DNA of 64,000 nucleotides from an uncultured Verrucomicrobiae bacterium (GCA_963735805.1 CAVTMK010000002.1:1472001-1536000); one strand, 5' to 3'. Numbered from the stretch's first letter, positions 1 through 10,976 are shown. Made by a program: numbers and translations. Notes: generated by a model from the letters alone, not told the origin.

Positions 1-728
1 TGGCGATTGGAACAGTTACTTTGCCGCTGGTATCGAAAAGCGCGGCCGTTGGAAACATGGACGAGTTCCGGGCGATTCTCGCTCGCGGGATCAGGCTTGC
101 ATTTTTACTTACTATTCCATCAGCGATTGGGTTGGCGATGTTTGCCTCGCCCATCATCAGCGTGATCTATCAGCACGGACGGTTTAACGCGGAAATGACG
201 CGCGAAACCGCCGGCGCATTGGAATTTTACGCTGTCGGACTCGTTTCGTATGCAGTTCTCAAGGTGTTAACGCCTGCGTTTTATGCGATCGGCAAACGTA
301 CTACTCCAATGCTCATCAGTTTCCTTGCGATCGCCTCGAACCTTTTTCTGAACTGGCTTTTTACATTTCGACTTGGCTGGGGGCACCGTGGTCTGGCTTT
401 TTCGACCAGCCTCGTTGCGACGATCAATTTCCTGTTGCTTTACGCATTGATGCGGCGCCATGTGCGGCGACTGGAAACGCGGCAGCTCCTAATCGGCCTT
501 GGCAAAATGTGTTTTGCCGGTGCAGTTTTGGCATTAGTTTGCTGGGCGGCAAACTACTGGTGGCTCGATGCCTGGGCCCAGCTGCGCTTCTTCCCGAAAT
601 TATGTTCGCTGGTCATTGCGATCGCTTTCGGCGCTGCAGCATTCTTTGGTTGCGCTTTTTTGCTGCGAGTGACCGAGGTGCAGGACATCGTCGATATTTT
701 TCGGAGCAGATTGCGCCGCGCCTTGTAA
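1..728 (+). CDS. murJ: Lipid II flippase MurJ/MviN, C-terminal part (5' end outside window)
   Basis: Frame is open from the window edge. Multi-TM protein with MviN motifs (IYQHGRF, PAFYAIGKRTTP, GLAFSTS). Confidence 0.9.
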   Translation, partial: AIGTVTLPLVSKSAAVGNMDEFRAILARGIRLAFLLTIPSAIGLAMFASPIISVIYQHGRFNAEMTRETAGALEFYAVGLVSYAVLKVLTPAFYAIGKRTTPMLISFLAIASNLFLNWLFTFRLGWGHRGLAFSTSLVATINFLLLYALMRRHVRRLETRQLLIGLGKMCFAGAVLALVCWAANYWWLDAWAQLRFFPKLCSLVIAIAFGAAAFFGCAFLLRVTEVQDIVDIFRSRLRRAL

Positions 729-779
729 AACGCGTGTGTGTCACACGCCAAGCCATGCGATGACATCCGGCTCCTGCAA

Positions 780-1895
780 TTATCCCATCGCCTGATCAAG
801 ATCTTCGATCAAGTCATCGGCATTCTCCAGACCGATCGACAATCGCAAGAGTCCTTCGGGCGAAGTGGTTCCTGTTCCTTCGATCGATGCTCGGTGTTCA
901 ATCAGGCTTTCCACGCCGCCGAGACTGGTCGCACGCGTAAAGATTTTTGTCTTGGCAGCGAGTGACATTGCTGCGTCACGTCCGTCCTTAACCTCGAAAG
1001 AGAGCATACCGCCGAACATCGACATCTGCGTTGCCGCAATCTCATGCCCGGGATGCGACGCTAATCCGGGATAGTAGACACGCGAAACTTTTGAATGTCG
1101 GACAAGGAAATCCGCGACTTTCGTAGCGTTTTCGGAATGCGCGCGCATCCGCCACGGCAACGTGCGCATCCCGCGCAGGATCAGCCAGCAATCAAAAGGC
1201 GAGGGGACCGCTCCACCCTCGTATTGAATACCTCGGATACGCTGGAAAAAATCGTCTTCCACCTTGGAAACAACAATTCCTCCGAGAACGTCACAATGAC
1301 CCCCAAAATATTTTGTTGTGGAATGCAGGACCAGATCAGCCCCGAGATCGAACGGCCGCTGCAGCGTTGGCGCCCAAGTATTATCACAAACGCAAATCGC
1401 ACCCGTTTCATGGGCAATCTGTGCAACAGCGGCGAGATCGACAATTTTTAACAACGGATTGGATGGAGTTTCCATCCAGGCCAGCTTTGTTTGCGGGCGC
1501 AGCTCCTTCTCAACTGCGCCAAGATCACTCATATCGACAAACGTGATGTCGAGTCCCCAGCGTTGGAAGATTTCGCGAAGTAGTCGCGACGTTCCGTAAT
1601 ACGCGTCCACGTGCGCGAGGACGTGATCGCCCGGCGCCAGCGCTTGAAAGATGGACATGCTTGCTCCCGTCCCGGACGCGAAAGCTGCTGCCGCGGCTCC
1701 GCCTTCCAGGGCGCTGATCCCCTGTTCGAGCGCTTGACGGTTCGGGTTGTTATTGCGGGTGTACATAAACCCGCGCGAGTATGTGCCCTCGGTATCGCGT
1801 TCGAACGTAGTTGAAAGATGAATTGGCGACGAAACCGCGCCAGTCGCCGGATCAATTGTGTGGCCTGCGTGGACAGCTAAAGTCTCGATTTTCAT
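780..1895 (-). CDS. Cys/Met metabolism PLP enzyme (cystathionine gamma-synthase/lyase family)
   Basis: YTRNNNPN, ETPSNP, DNT, HSTTKYFGGH (PLP Lys), SLGGVESL and RLSIGLE motifs. Confidence 0.92.
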   Translation of the reverse strand: MKIETLAVHAGHTIDPATGAVSSPIHLSTTFERDTEGTYSRGFMYTRNNNPNRQALEQGISALEGGAAAAAFASGTGASMSIFQALAPGDHVLAHVDAYYGTSRLLREIFQRWGLDITFVDMSDLGAVEKELRPQTKLAWMETPSNPLLKIVDLAAVAQIAHETGAICVCDNTWAPTLQRPFDLGADLVLHSTTKYFGGHCDVLGGIVVSKVEDDFFQRIRGIQYEGGAVPSPFDCWLILRGMRTLPWRMRAHSENATKVADFLVRHSKVSRVYYPGLASHPGHEIAATQMSMFGGMLSFEVKDGRDAAMSLAAKTKIFTRATSLGGVESLIEHRASIEGTGTTSPEGLLRLSIGLENADDLIEDLDQAMG

Positions 1896-2117
1896 TGTGA
1901 TTGATTTTTCGAACGGACGCTACGGGTTGCAAATGCGGTTGTCGATTTTATGCTGTTAAGACTTTTCGAGGTTGACTCGTGAATGCTCCCCCGCCGGATG
2001 GGACGAGTTCGGGTCGCTGTGGCGACCGGACTTTCGGGGTTGACGGCTTCATTTGCCAAGCGCAAATAAGCAACCTGCATTTGGCGACCGACTTGGGTCC
2101 ATCCTGCATTTTATTTC

Positions 2118-3380
2118 ATGAGTATTTATAACGACGACGTGTTTCAAATGGCGTGTGACCAATTCCAGGTCATCGCCGATTACCTCAGCATCGATAAGAA
2201 CGATCGCGAGCGACTCATGTTCCCAAAACGTGCCATTGCCGTGACCCTGCCGGTGCACATGGATGATGGCAGTACCAGAACTTTTCAGGGTTACCGGGTG
2301 CAGCATCATTTGACTCTCGGCCCGACAAAAGGCGGGACTCGCTTCGCTCCATCGTTGTCAATGGGCGAAACTGCAGCGCTGGCGATGTGGATGAGCTGGA
2401 AATGTGCGCTATCGAATTTGCCGTACGGTGGAGCAAAAGGCGGGGTCGCGGTAGATCCTGAGAAATTGTCGCGCACTGAATTGGAGGCGGTTTCGCGCCG
2501 TTACATGCAGGAGATGATTCCGTTTGTCGGGCCTCATACGGATATCATGGGCCCTGACATGGGCACGAACGAACAAGTCATGGCTTGGTTCATGGACACT
2601 TATTCAGTTCATCAAGGTTATTCCGTCAGTGAAATCGTCACCGGAAAACCAGTCGCTATTGGCGGAACGGAGGGCCGGCGTGAAGCAACCGGACGCGGTG
2701 TCGTTTACCTGATTGAGCGTGCGTTGAACATGCTCAAAATGGATCCCGAAAAATGCACGGCCATCGTACAGGGATTCGGCAACGTAGGCTCAGTGGCAGC
2801 TCTCTCGCTCGCCTACAAGAGCGGTGTCAAAGTAATTGGGATTAGCGACGCGCATGCGGCGATCTACAACCCCAAAGGGATAGATGTTAAAGCCGCCGAA
2901 CAGCACGTTTTTAAGAAGGGGACGTTGCGGGCGTTTGCCCAGGACGATCATATCGACCCCAACGCACTTCTGACTCAGCCGTGCGACATTCTCGTACCGG
3001 CGGCAGTGGATCGCGTAATTAATGGAAAGAACGTTGGCGATCTTAAATGCCGAATCCTCGCCGAGGCTGCCAATGGCCCGACTACTCCCGAGGCCGATCT
3101 CATTTTGGAAAAACGCTGGGACGAAGTCTTTGTGATCCCGGACATTTTGTGTAACGCGGGGGGCGTAATTGTTTCCTACTTCGAATGGGTGCAGGGCCTC
3201 CAATCCTATCTCTGGACTGAAATTGAGGTGACGGACAAACTTTTCCGAATTCTGGAGCATTCATTTGCTCAGGTGATCAAACGAGCGAAAGCGCATAAGA
3301 TTTCTCATCGCACCGCAGCCATGGCCATTGGCGTTGAGCGCGTACTCAAAGCTAAAAAGGTGCGCGGCCTCTTTCCGTGA
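2118..3380 (+). CDS. Glu/Leu/Phe/Val dehydrogenase (probable glutamate dehydrogenase)
   Basis: GPTKGGTRF, GGAKGG, GPDMGT, GRREATGRG, QGFGNVG and EAANGP motifs. Confidence 0.93.
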   Translation: MSIYNDDVFQMACDQFQVIADYLSIDKNDRERLMFPKRAIAVTLPVHMDDGSTRTFQGYRVQHHLTLGPTKGGTRFAPSLSMGETAALAMWMSWKCALSNLPYGGAKGGVAVDPEKLSRTELEAVSRRYMQEMIPFVGPHTDIMGPDMGTNEQVMAWFMDTYSVHQGYSVSEIVTGKPVAIGGTEGRREATGRGVVYLIERALNMLKMDPEKCTAIVQGFGNVGSVAALSLAYKSGVKVIGISDAHAAIYNPKGIDVKAAEQHVFKKGTLRAFAQDDHIDPNALLTQPCDILVPAAVDRVINGKNVGDLKCRILAEAANGPTTPEADLILEKRWDEVFVIPDILCNAGGVIVSYFEWVQGLQSYLWTEIEVTDKLFRILEHSFAQVIKRAKAHKISHRTAAMAIGVERVLKAKKVRGLFP

Positions 3381-3416
3381 GTCGCGAAGGAGGTTCCTGT
3401 TAAGTGCCAGGTGATC

Positions 3417-3516
3417 CGCCTTTCCCTTTCGCGAAGGGAAAAGGATTGAGGTGAGGGGATTGACGCGTCCATGCTCGATACGATTCAACTCTCACCCTTG
3501 TGAAGAGAGAGGCGAC
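3417..3516. repeat. Intergenic palindromic element / terminator-like hairpin
   Basis: Stem CCTTTCCCTTTC-GC-GAAGGGAAAAGG (3419-3444), then GAGGTGAGGGG, partly complementary to the downstream CTCTCACCCT. Confidence 0.5.
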
Positions 3517-3536
3517 AGCCGGGCCTAGGAAGCACA

Positions 3537-4484
3537 ATGAAATTTTCGCACACAGAAGACAAGCGGGAGGGACAACACCTCGACGTTTTGACCGATGAGG
3601 AGAACGGCTTGCGGATCGTGGTTTCCCGTCTGGGAGCGGAATTGGTCAGCGTAGCGCGGATGAATGAGGAGGGCGACTGGGTTGGATTTCTTTACCGCGA
3701 CAACAACGTCGCAACGCCCCCACGAGGCTGGGCGAACCATGCGACAGTAATGGGTTACTATATTCACCGACTCAAAGACGGACACAGTTTGTACCGCGGC
3801 CACGAAATCAAAGGCGGCAACCATGGTTTTCTCCGCTCGAAAACGTGGCATTTCGCAGGACATTCCATTCAGGGAACCGGCGCTTCATTGGAATATCGCA
3901 TCGCGCCCAGTGATTTTTCAGTCGAAGAATATCCACTGAAAGTCGGTGTGAACCTGACCTACCAGATCGAAGCGAACAGAGTGGGTACATTTTTCGAGTT
4001 CCGAAACGAGGAGCCTGAACTGACTGCGCATGTTTCTTTCGGGTTACATCCTGGATTCGCTGCCACGTCGTTTGAAACCTTTCATCTTCAAATGCCCAGA
4101 GGTCTTTATCGCCGTTACTTTTCGCCGGGGAATTATCTTTCGGGACAAACACGTGATATCGAGTTTGCCGGAGGCGAGATGCCGTTTCCAAGAACAGAAC
4201 TGCCCGGTTCGATCATTTTGGAACTTCTCGATGTTCCAAGACGTCGATTTTCCTATGTCGATCCGCCCAGCGGTCGATGGGTAATCCTCGATCTAACCGG
4301 TGTGCCTTATCTCACCTTGTGGTCCGATGGCGGGCCATTCCTTTGCATCGAACCTTGCTGGGGCCTCACGGATCATCACGAACAGCGCCCTTTCGAGAAA
4401 AAGGAAGGAATTCAAATAATTGCCCCGGGCGGCGTGTTGCCCGCATCATTCAGCATGGCCCCGGAACTTGCCTCGTGCGATTAG
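3537..4484 (+). CDS. Aldose 1-epimerase / galactose mutarotase-like protein
   Basis: GAELVS, HGF, FGLHPGF and FLCIEP motifs typical of the mutarotase-like fold. Confidence 0.8.
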   Translation: MKFSHTEDKREGQHLDVLTDEENGLRIVVSRLGAELVSVARMNEEGDWVGFLYRDNNVATPPRGWANHATVMGYYIHRLKDGHSLYRGHEIKGGNHGFLRSKTWHFAGHSIQGTGASLEYRIAPSDFSVEEYPLKVGVNLTYQIEANRVGTFFEFRNEEPELTAHVSFGLHPGFAATSFETFHLQMPRGLYRRYFSPGNYLSGQTRDIEFAGGEMPFPRTELPGSIILELLDVPRRRFSYVDPPSGRWVILDLTGVPYLTLWSDGGPFLCIEPCWGLTDHHEQRPFEKKEGIQIIAPGGVLPASFSMAPELASCD

Positions 4485-4498
4485 CCTGCTAACCGAAC

Positions 4499-5422
4499 AT
4501 GCCACTCATGCCATCCGATTCGCTTCGCACCTTGCTTGCACATTCAATCGATTATGCGGGAATGTTTCCGCCCTGCAGTCTAGGCCTAGACCAGGCGCTT
4601 GGAAATCAGGCTGAATATGTGCGCTCTCCGGACGCGTGGATGCTTGGTGCGTTTGTCCTGTCCACTGCACAATTCGATGCGATCAGGCAACTCCTTGCCC
4701 AATTTGATGCGCAACACCCATTGCGCGTTGCTGCGCTTGGACCGAAGACTGCGAGCACAAACGCTTTTCTTGACGGGCTCGAAGACGCGGATGCGGCCAT
4801 TCTCTCGTTATCGAGGCACAACGTTGACTTGGTATCAATCACTCACCTTGAAATGTTTCTGCCGCATGAGGTCGACCTCGCATCGCTGAAGGACGCGAAG
4901 TCAATCCTTGGTGACCTACCAGTTTTCTGGGAAGCGCCACCGGACACGGCTGAACGAACGATCGCTTTGCTCGCTGAGATTAATTCCGATGCGGACGTGG
5001 CAACTTTTGGTTACAAACTCCGCACGGGTGGAGTAACAGCAGATGCATTTCCAACTTCGATGCAGATCGCCAGGGCACTCGTGACTCCGGCTACGCATCA
5101 ACTACCGATCAAGTTCACCGCCGGTCTGCATCACCCGCTTCGACAATATCGAGAAGAAGTCCAGACAAAGATGCATGGGTTCCTGAATGTGCTGGGTGCC
5201 GCGGTGCTGGCTGCGGAGCATCAATGGAATGCAAATCAAACCGCGATCATGCTGGAAGATGAAAATGTGGATTCGTTTTCGTTCACCGACGATTTTTTTT
5301 CGTGGCGGGAATGGCGAATCGACAGTAAACGCCTGCAATACCGCCGCCGATTCGTTGTATCGTTCGGCAGCTGCAGCTTCAACGACCCGCGCGACGATTT
5401 GCGAGCGTTAGATTTATTGTAG
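4499..5422 (+). CDS. Conserved hypothetical protein linked to fahA
   Basis: 307-aa ORF with DYAGMFPP, KLRTGG, KFTAGLHHP, HGFLN and SFGSCS motifs; same strand and closely spaced between the epimerase and fahA. Confidence 0.75.
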   Translation: MPLMPSDSLRTLLAHSIDYAGMFPPCSLGLDQALGNQAEYVRSPDAWMLGAFVLSTAQFDAIRQLLAQFDAQHPLRVAALGPKTASTNAFLDGLEDADAAILSLSRHNVDLVSITHLEMFLPHEVDLASLKDAKSILGDLPVFWEAPPDTAERTIALLAEINSDADVATFGYKLRTGGVTADAFPTSMQIARALVTPATHQLPIKFTAGLHHPLRQYREEVQTKMHGFLNVLGAAVLAAEHQWNANQTAIMLEDENVDSFSFTDDFFSWREWRIDSKRLQYRRRFVVSFGSCSFNDPRDDLRALDLL

Positions 5423-5474
5423 CGAGGTCTGTGTCAGACGCCACAGGTTGGCGTTTCACAGAAACGCCCTACAA
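5417..5474. repeat. GTAG-type REP doublet (REPIN-like)
   Basis: TTGTAGCGAGGTCTGTGTCAGACGCC ... GGCGTTTCACAGAAACGCCCTACAA inverted pair; right arm closely similar to 57581-57605. Confidence 0.7.
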
Positions 5475-5482
5475 TTCCACGG

Positions 5483-6766
5483 ATGTCACTCCAATCGTTT
5501 ATCGACGTTTCGCCTGATTCGTATTTTCCCATTCAGAATCTTCCCTTTGGGATCTTTCAGCCGAAAGGAGGTAAACCGCGCGCTGGAGTCGCCATTGGCG
5601 ATTTGATCGTGGATCTTTCTGTCCTGGAGGAACTCGGCCATTTCCGCTCACCGGAATTTCGAGGCCGAAAACTATTTTCAGAAGATTCGCTTAATGCGTT
5701 TCTCGCGCTTGGTCGTCCGGCATGGCGCAAGACGCGCGCGGTCCTTCAACGTCTTCTGTCTTCCAAAACGCCGATCCTGCGTGATAACGCGAGACTACGG
5801 GCACGTGTCTTTCATGCGCAAAAGAGTGTCACGATGAAATTACCAGTGCGCATCGCGAATTACACCGATTTCTATTCGTCCTATCACCATGCGCACAATG
5901 TAGGCACGATGCTGCGCGGACCGGAAAACGCGCTGATGCCAAATTGGAAATGGCTGCCCGTGGCCTATCATGGACGCGCCAGCTCGGTTGTGATCAGCGG
6001 TACTGATGTGCGGAGGCCACAAGGCCAAATCAAACCGCCCGATGCTTCGGCGCCAATCTTCGGTCCGACAAAAAGCCTCGATTACGAATTGGAGATGGCG
6101 TTTCTGATCGGCCCCGGGAATTCGTTGGGCGACCCAGTGCCGATCGATCGGGCGACCGATCATATCTTTGGACTGGTTTTAATGAACGATTGGAGCGCGC
6201 GCGACATTCAGGCGTGGGAGTACCAACCACTCGGCCCGTTCCTGGCGAAGAATTTTTGCACCAGTATTTCACCTTGGGTGGTGACCCTGGAAGCACTTGA
6301 GCCTTTCCGACGTCCGCTCCCGACACAGGATCCGAAGCCGATGCCGTACTTGCGAGCCAAGGATGATTTCATGTTCGACATTCAACTGGAAGCACGCTTG
6401 CAAACTTCATCAATGGCTGCGGCGCACGTCATCACGCGCTCAAATTTTCAAAATCTTTACTGGACCATCGCGCAGCAACTTGCTCATCACACGGTCAACG
6501 GCTGCAATTTGCAACCTGGCGATCTGCTGGCGAGCGGAACCATCAGCGGTCCGACTGAAGAATCACGAGGCTGCATGCTGGAGTTAACCTGGAGGGGCGC
6601 GAATCCTCTAAAGCTTCCAAACGGTGAAACCCGGAAATGGCTCGAAGACGCGGATACCCTCACAATTGCCGGATGGTGCCAGGGTGACGGTTACCGCGTT
6701 GGCTTCGGCGAAGTGAAGGGCCGCATCATGGGTGCGGCAGGAACAAAGGCTTTGCCTGCGAAGTGA
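5483..6766 (+). CDS. fahA: Fumarylacetoacetase
   Basis: FPIQNLPFG, YTDFYSS, PVAYHGRASS, LDYELE, NDWSARDIQAWEY and GDLLASGTISG motifs. Confidence 0.96.
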   Translation: MSLQSFIDVSPDSYFPIQNLPFGIFQPKGGKPRAGVAIGDLIVDLSVLEELGHFRSPEFRGRKLFSEDSLNAFLALGRPAWRKTRAVLQRLLSSKTPILRDNARLRARVFHAQKSVTMKLPVRIANYTDFYSSYHHAHNVGTMLRGPENALMPNWKWLPVAYHGRASSVVISGTDVRRPQGQIKPPDASAPIFGPTKSLDYELEMAFLIGPGNSLGDPVPIDRATDHIFGLVLMNDWSARDIQAWEYQPLGPFLAKNFCTSISPWVVTLEALEPFRRPLPTQDPKPMPYLRAKDDFMFDIQLEARLQTSSMAAAHVITRSNFQNLYWTIAQQLAHHTVNGCNLQPGDLLASGTISGPTEESRGCMLELTWRGANPLKLPNGETRKWLEDADTLTIAGWCQGDGYRVGFGEVKGRIMGAAGTKALPAK

Positions 6767-6854
6767 TCAATTTGCGGCGCGACTTGAAACCGCCACGCGC
6801 TCAACATTCGGTCTCAGCGAAGTGCTGTTTGCTCAATCCTGGACTTAGCCAGCC

Positions 6855-7148
6855 CTAATAGCCTCTCACGACATAGTGGCCGTGGATCCACACTTGCTGA
6901 CCATGCCGCCATACCCAGTGGCCTGGCCTCCAGACATAATATGCGCCTCCGTACCAGTAACCTGGGCCGCGAGCATAGTACGGTCGGTCGCCAACGGCAA
7001 TCGTAACTGAGCCTGGAGAGCCATAATAAGGGGCTCCTCCATAGTAAGGTCCGTACCCCGGATAAGCAGAATAATAACCTTCGCACCCGCATGCAGTGAG
7101 GGCGGCGAAGACCAGAGCGAGCCTGAGAACAAACGGTTTCAAGTTCAT
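6855..7148 (-). CDS. Small exported Tyr/Gly/Trp-rich (YXWGXW-repeat-like) putative lipoprotein
   Basis: Signal peptide ending LTAC (lipobox-like); YVWRPGHW and VWIHGHY repeats. Confidence 0.7.
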   Translation of the reverse strand: MNLKPFVLRLALVFAALTACGCEGYYSAYPGYGPYYGGAPYYGSPGSVTIAVGDRPYYARGPGYWYGGAYYVWRPGHWVWRHGQQVWIHGHYVVRGY

Positions 7149-7284
7149 ACAATCATATTCGGTTTAGACAGAGTTTTACGCGCCTGTTTATCGCGGTGAA
7201 ATTAGAGAACCCATTTAGCATCAGCGGCCAATCGGTGTCATCAAAAATCGGATAAACAGAGGGGCCACTTCACGTGAATGGGAA

Positions 7285-8700
<1,416 letters not shown>

Positions 8701-8803
8701 TTACGAGTCCGGATGAACATAGCGCGGCTACGTTGGTAGACTCCCAAATCGACCCACAAGAAATCCGGAGCGCCGAGCTCCTCGGAATTAAAGTGATGAA
8801 ACG

Positions 8804-10129
8804 CTAAGAAGCCTGAGCTTGATTCTTCGCGGTCAATTTGAAGCCAACATAAGTCGCCGAACTGATTCCAAGCAGTGTCATCAGGGTTGGATCAAATGTA
8901 GGCATCGTCCATTGAAAGATGGACTGCCAGATGAAGACCAGCCCAAGAATGAAATTCCAAACCAGCATTTGGAGGCGCGCTATCTCTGGGTCGCCACCTT
9001 CTGAAATGAGATCATTGAAGAAACCTTGCGAAGGTCCGCAAGGAGTCTGGCTCCGACCAAATCCTGCAGCGACCAGGAGAGTCGCTCCTTGAAGTCCAAG
9101 CAATAGGGGCGCGCTTCCACTCAAAATATTGCGATGCTCGCCCATCAACGCCCAAAGATAGGCGAAACAGCCAACACAGATCGTCAGCCACCATGCGAAA
9201 ACAACTCGCGACAAACTCCACGGCGCGTCCTGATCCTGCTTTAGCCCTGGATCGCGCGGGTCCCGAAGGGCCGACGTCCCTAAAGCGGCTGCGAAGACGG
9301 CGCAAATTGTGAAGATGACTGCAGTGATAGCCGCACCCTGCCGCATCGGGGGCACCATGGGCAAACTGCGATACACTGGCTTGGCTCCCGAGCTGTATAT
9401 TGCCTCCGCATTTACTAAAGTCGGCATTCTCAACGCGTCGGCGGTCCCAGCAATGGGCCGGGCGAGGGAGATTTGAGCGTCACAAGTCGGACCAACAGCG
9501 CGAATTATCGCACGCCATTTTTCGAGCTCTTTTGCATCGGTTGGAGCGGCGAGGTGGTACACAACACGATTGTACGTTTCGCCTTCGAATTCTCCCGAGC
9601 CATATGTTGGGGGTGAAGTAGCGTCAAAAGGCGGAATCGTCTCGAATACCTGGCCTGCAATCATTAAGCGCAGATTTGATCGTTCCTGAAGCATCCAGTG
9701 ATTAATTTTAACCTGCAGCGATTGGAGAGCCATCGCTTGCTCCGGTGACAGGGGGGACGACTTCCTTGAGTCCACCAGGGATAAGTAATTTTTAAGGTCT
9801 TCCGGCTTCAAATCTTCAGGCAACAATCGCTCGTCAACGCGAGCTTTACTTAATAACCAACCATCAAAATTTTGCAGAAAGACCGTTACAGTAAGGGAAT
9901 CTGTAAACAGATTGCTTTCGATTATTCGACCATCATTATTACACCAGCCAATCCGGATATCGGTTACATACTTTTGGGTTCCGTAACTTCGCACTCTGTT
10001 TGGCGGAGTGTTCATTTGGTCGGAAGCGCGGCGGCTTTCCTTCAACCAAATGAACCCCCAGACAGCGAGGGTTAATGCAAGGCCCACACCCCAGACGATG
10101 TAGACTATACGCTTCATAAGGACTACCAA
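8804..10129 (-). CDS. Hypothetical membrane protein (N-terminal anchor, soluble domain, C-terminal multi-TM domain)
   Basis: 441-aa ORF; C-terminal hydrophobic block with SLSR..., ARLQML... and LLGISSATYVGFK. Confidence 0.7.
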   Translation of the reverse strand: MVVLMKRIVYIVWGVGLALTLAVWGFIWLKESRRASDQMNTPPNRVRSYGTQKYVTDIRIGWCNNDGRIIESNLFTDSLTVTVFLQNFDGWLLSKARVDERLLPEDLKPEDLKNYLSLVDSRKSSPLSPEQAMALQSLQVKINHWMLQERSNLRLMIAGQVFETIPPFDATSPPTYGSGEFEGETYNRVVYHLAAPTDAKELEKWRAIIRAVGPTCDAQISLARPIAGTADALRMPTLVNAEAIYSSGAKPVYRSLPMVPPMRQGAAITAVIFTICAVFAAALGTSALRDPRDPGLKQDQDAPWSLSRVVFAWWLTICVGCFAYLWALMGEHRNILSGSAPLLLGLQGATLLVAAGFGRSQTPCGPSQGFFNDLISEGGDPEIARLQMLVWNFILGLVFIWQSIFQWTMPTFDPTLMTLLGISSATYVGFKLTAKNQAQAS

Positions 10130-10312
10130 GATCGTAGCTGCCCAAGAGCGTGAAGGGTAGCACCGCTGGTGTCAATAAAAGAGCTGTTGAGAAAGCGTGA
10201 GGGAGGTTCAAACCTCTGATTTGGCCCCGGGGCGACCGCTGATGAATCTCATTTGTGAATGTGGCGGACTTGTAATTTCTAATTCCTTGTTTCTAATTGG
10301 CTTTCTCCATAC

Positions 10313-10384
10313 GCGCGATTAGCTCAGTGGTAGAGCACTTGCTTCACACGCAAGGGGTCGCTGGTTCGATACCAGCATCGCGCA
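10313..10384 (+). tRNA. tRNA-Val (anticodon CAC), CCA not encoded
   Basis: Cloverleaf: acceptor GCGCGAT/ATCGCGC, D-arm GCTC-AGTGGTA-GAGC, anticodon arm CTTGC-TTCACAC-GCAAG, T-arm GCTGG-TTCGATA-CCAGC. Confidence 0.97.
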
Positions 10385-10423
10385 AACCTCGTAAAATGGC
10401 TTGCCATCGACGTAAGGCGAACC

Positions 10424-10466
10424 AAAAAAGAGGAGCCAAGCGACTCAGTCAAGAATCACTTGGCTC
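10424..10466 (-). terminator. Putative intrinsic terminator
   Basis: Minus strand GAGCCAAGTGATT-CTTGACTG-AGTCGCTTGGCTC followed by CTCTTTTTT. Confidence 0.55.
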
Positions 10467-10738
10467 ACACTAATGAAGGACAAGCCTATGGTTTATAATG
10501 TGGGTTGTTTGGGGAATGCCTTCAAATTATTATCCGGTATTTCCGGCACGAAGTTGCCAAAAAAGGTCAAGGAACTCGTAGTAATGTAGTAAGGAACATG
10601 AAGCTACTCACAACAGCAGCACTGCTGCTTCTGACGCTCGGGATGGTGCAAGCCGAGCCGCGACGCACGCACAAGCACGAGCATCACAACTACATCATCG
10701 AGTGCCAGCAGTGCATCGCGCATTTTCCAAGTAGTCGA

Positions 10739-10976
10739 ATGTTCTACACATATGTGCTGAGATGCGACGATGGTGAATTGTATGTCGGCTCGGCAGTTGA
10801 CCTCGGGAGACGACTCGCGCAGCACAATGCAGGCCGAGTACCTGCCACGGCACATCGACTGCCAGTTAGGCTGGAGTACTACGAGGCGTGTCGTTCTGAA
10901 CCAAAGGCCCGGGTTCGCGAAAAAACAGCTTAAGACAGGATTTGGGCGAGCGTATCTCAAACGGCGTCCAGACTGA
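10739..10976 (+). pseudogene. GIY-YIG nuclease family protein, frameshifted
   Basis: MFYTYVLRC...LYVGS...RRLAQHN...YYEA...REK; the expected tail QLKTGFGRAYLKRR continues in another frame after an A6 run at 10920-10925. Confidence 0.85.

Noticed and set aside
10201..10218. GGAGGTTCAAACCTC T-loop-like hairpin upstream of the tRNA
   Set aside because: Too short and does not match the tRNA-Val end, so it cannot be called an att site.
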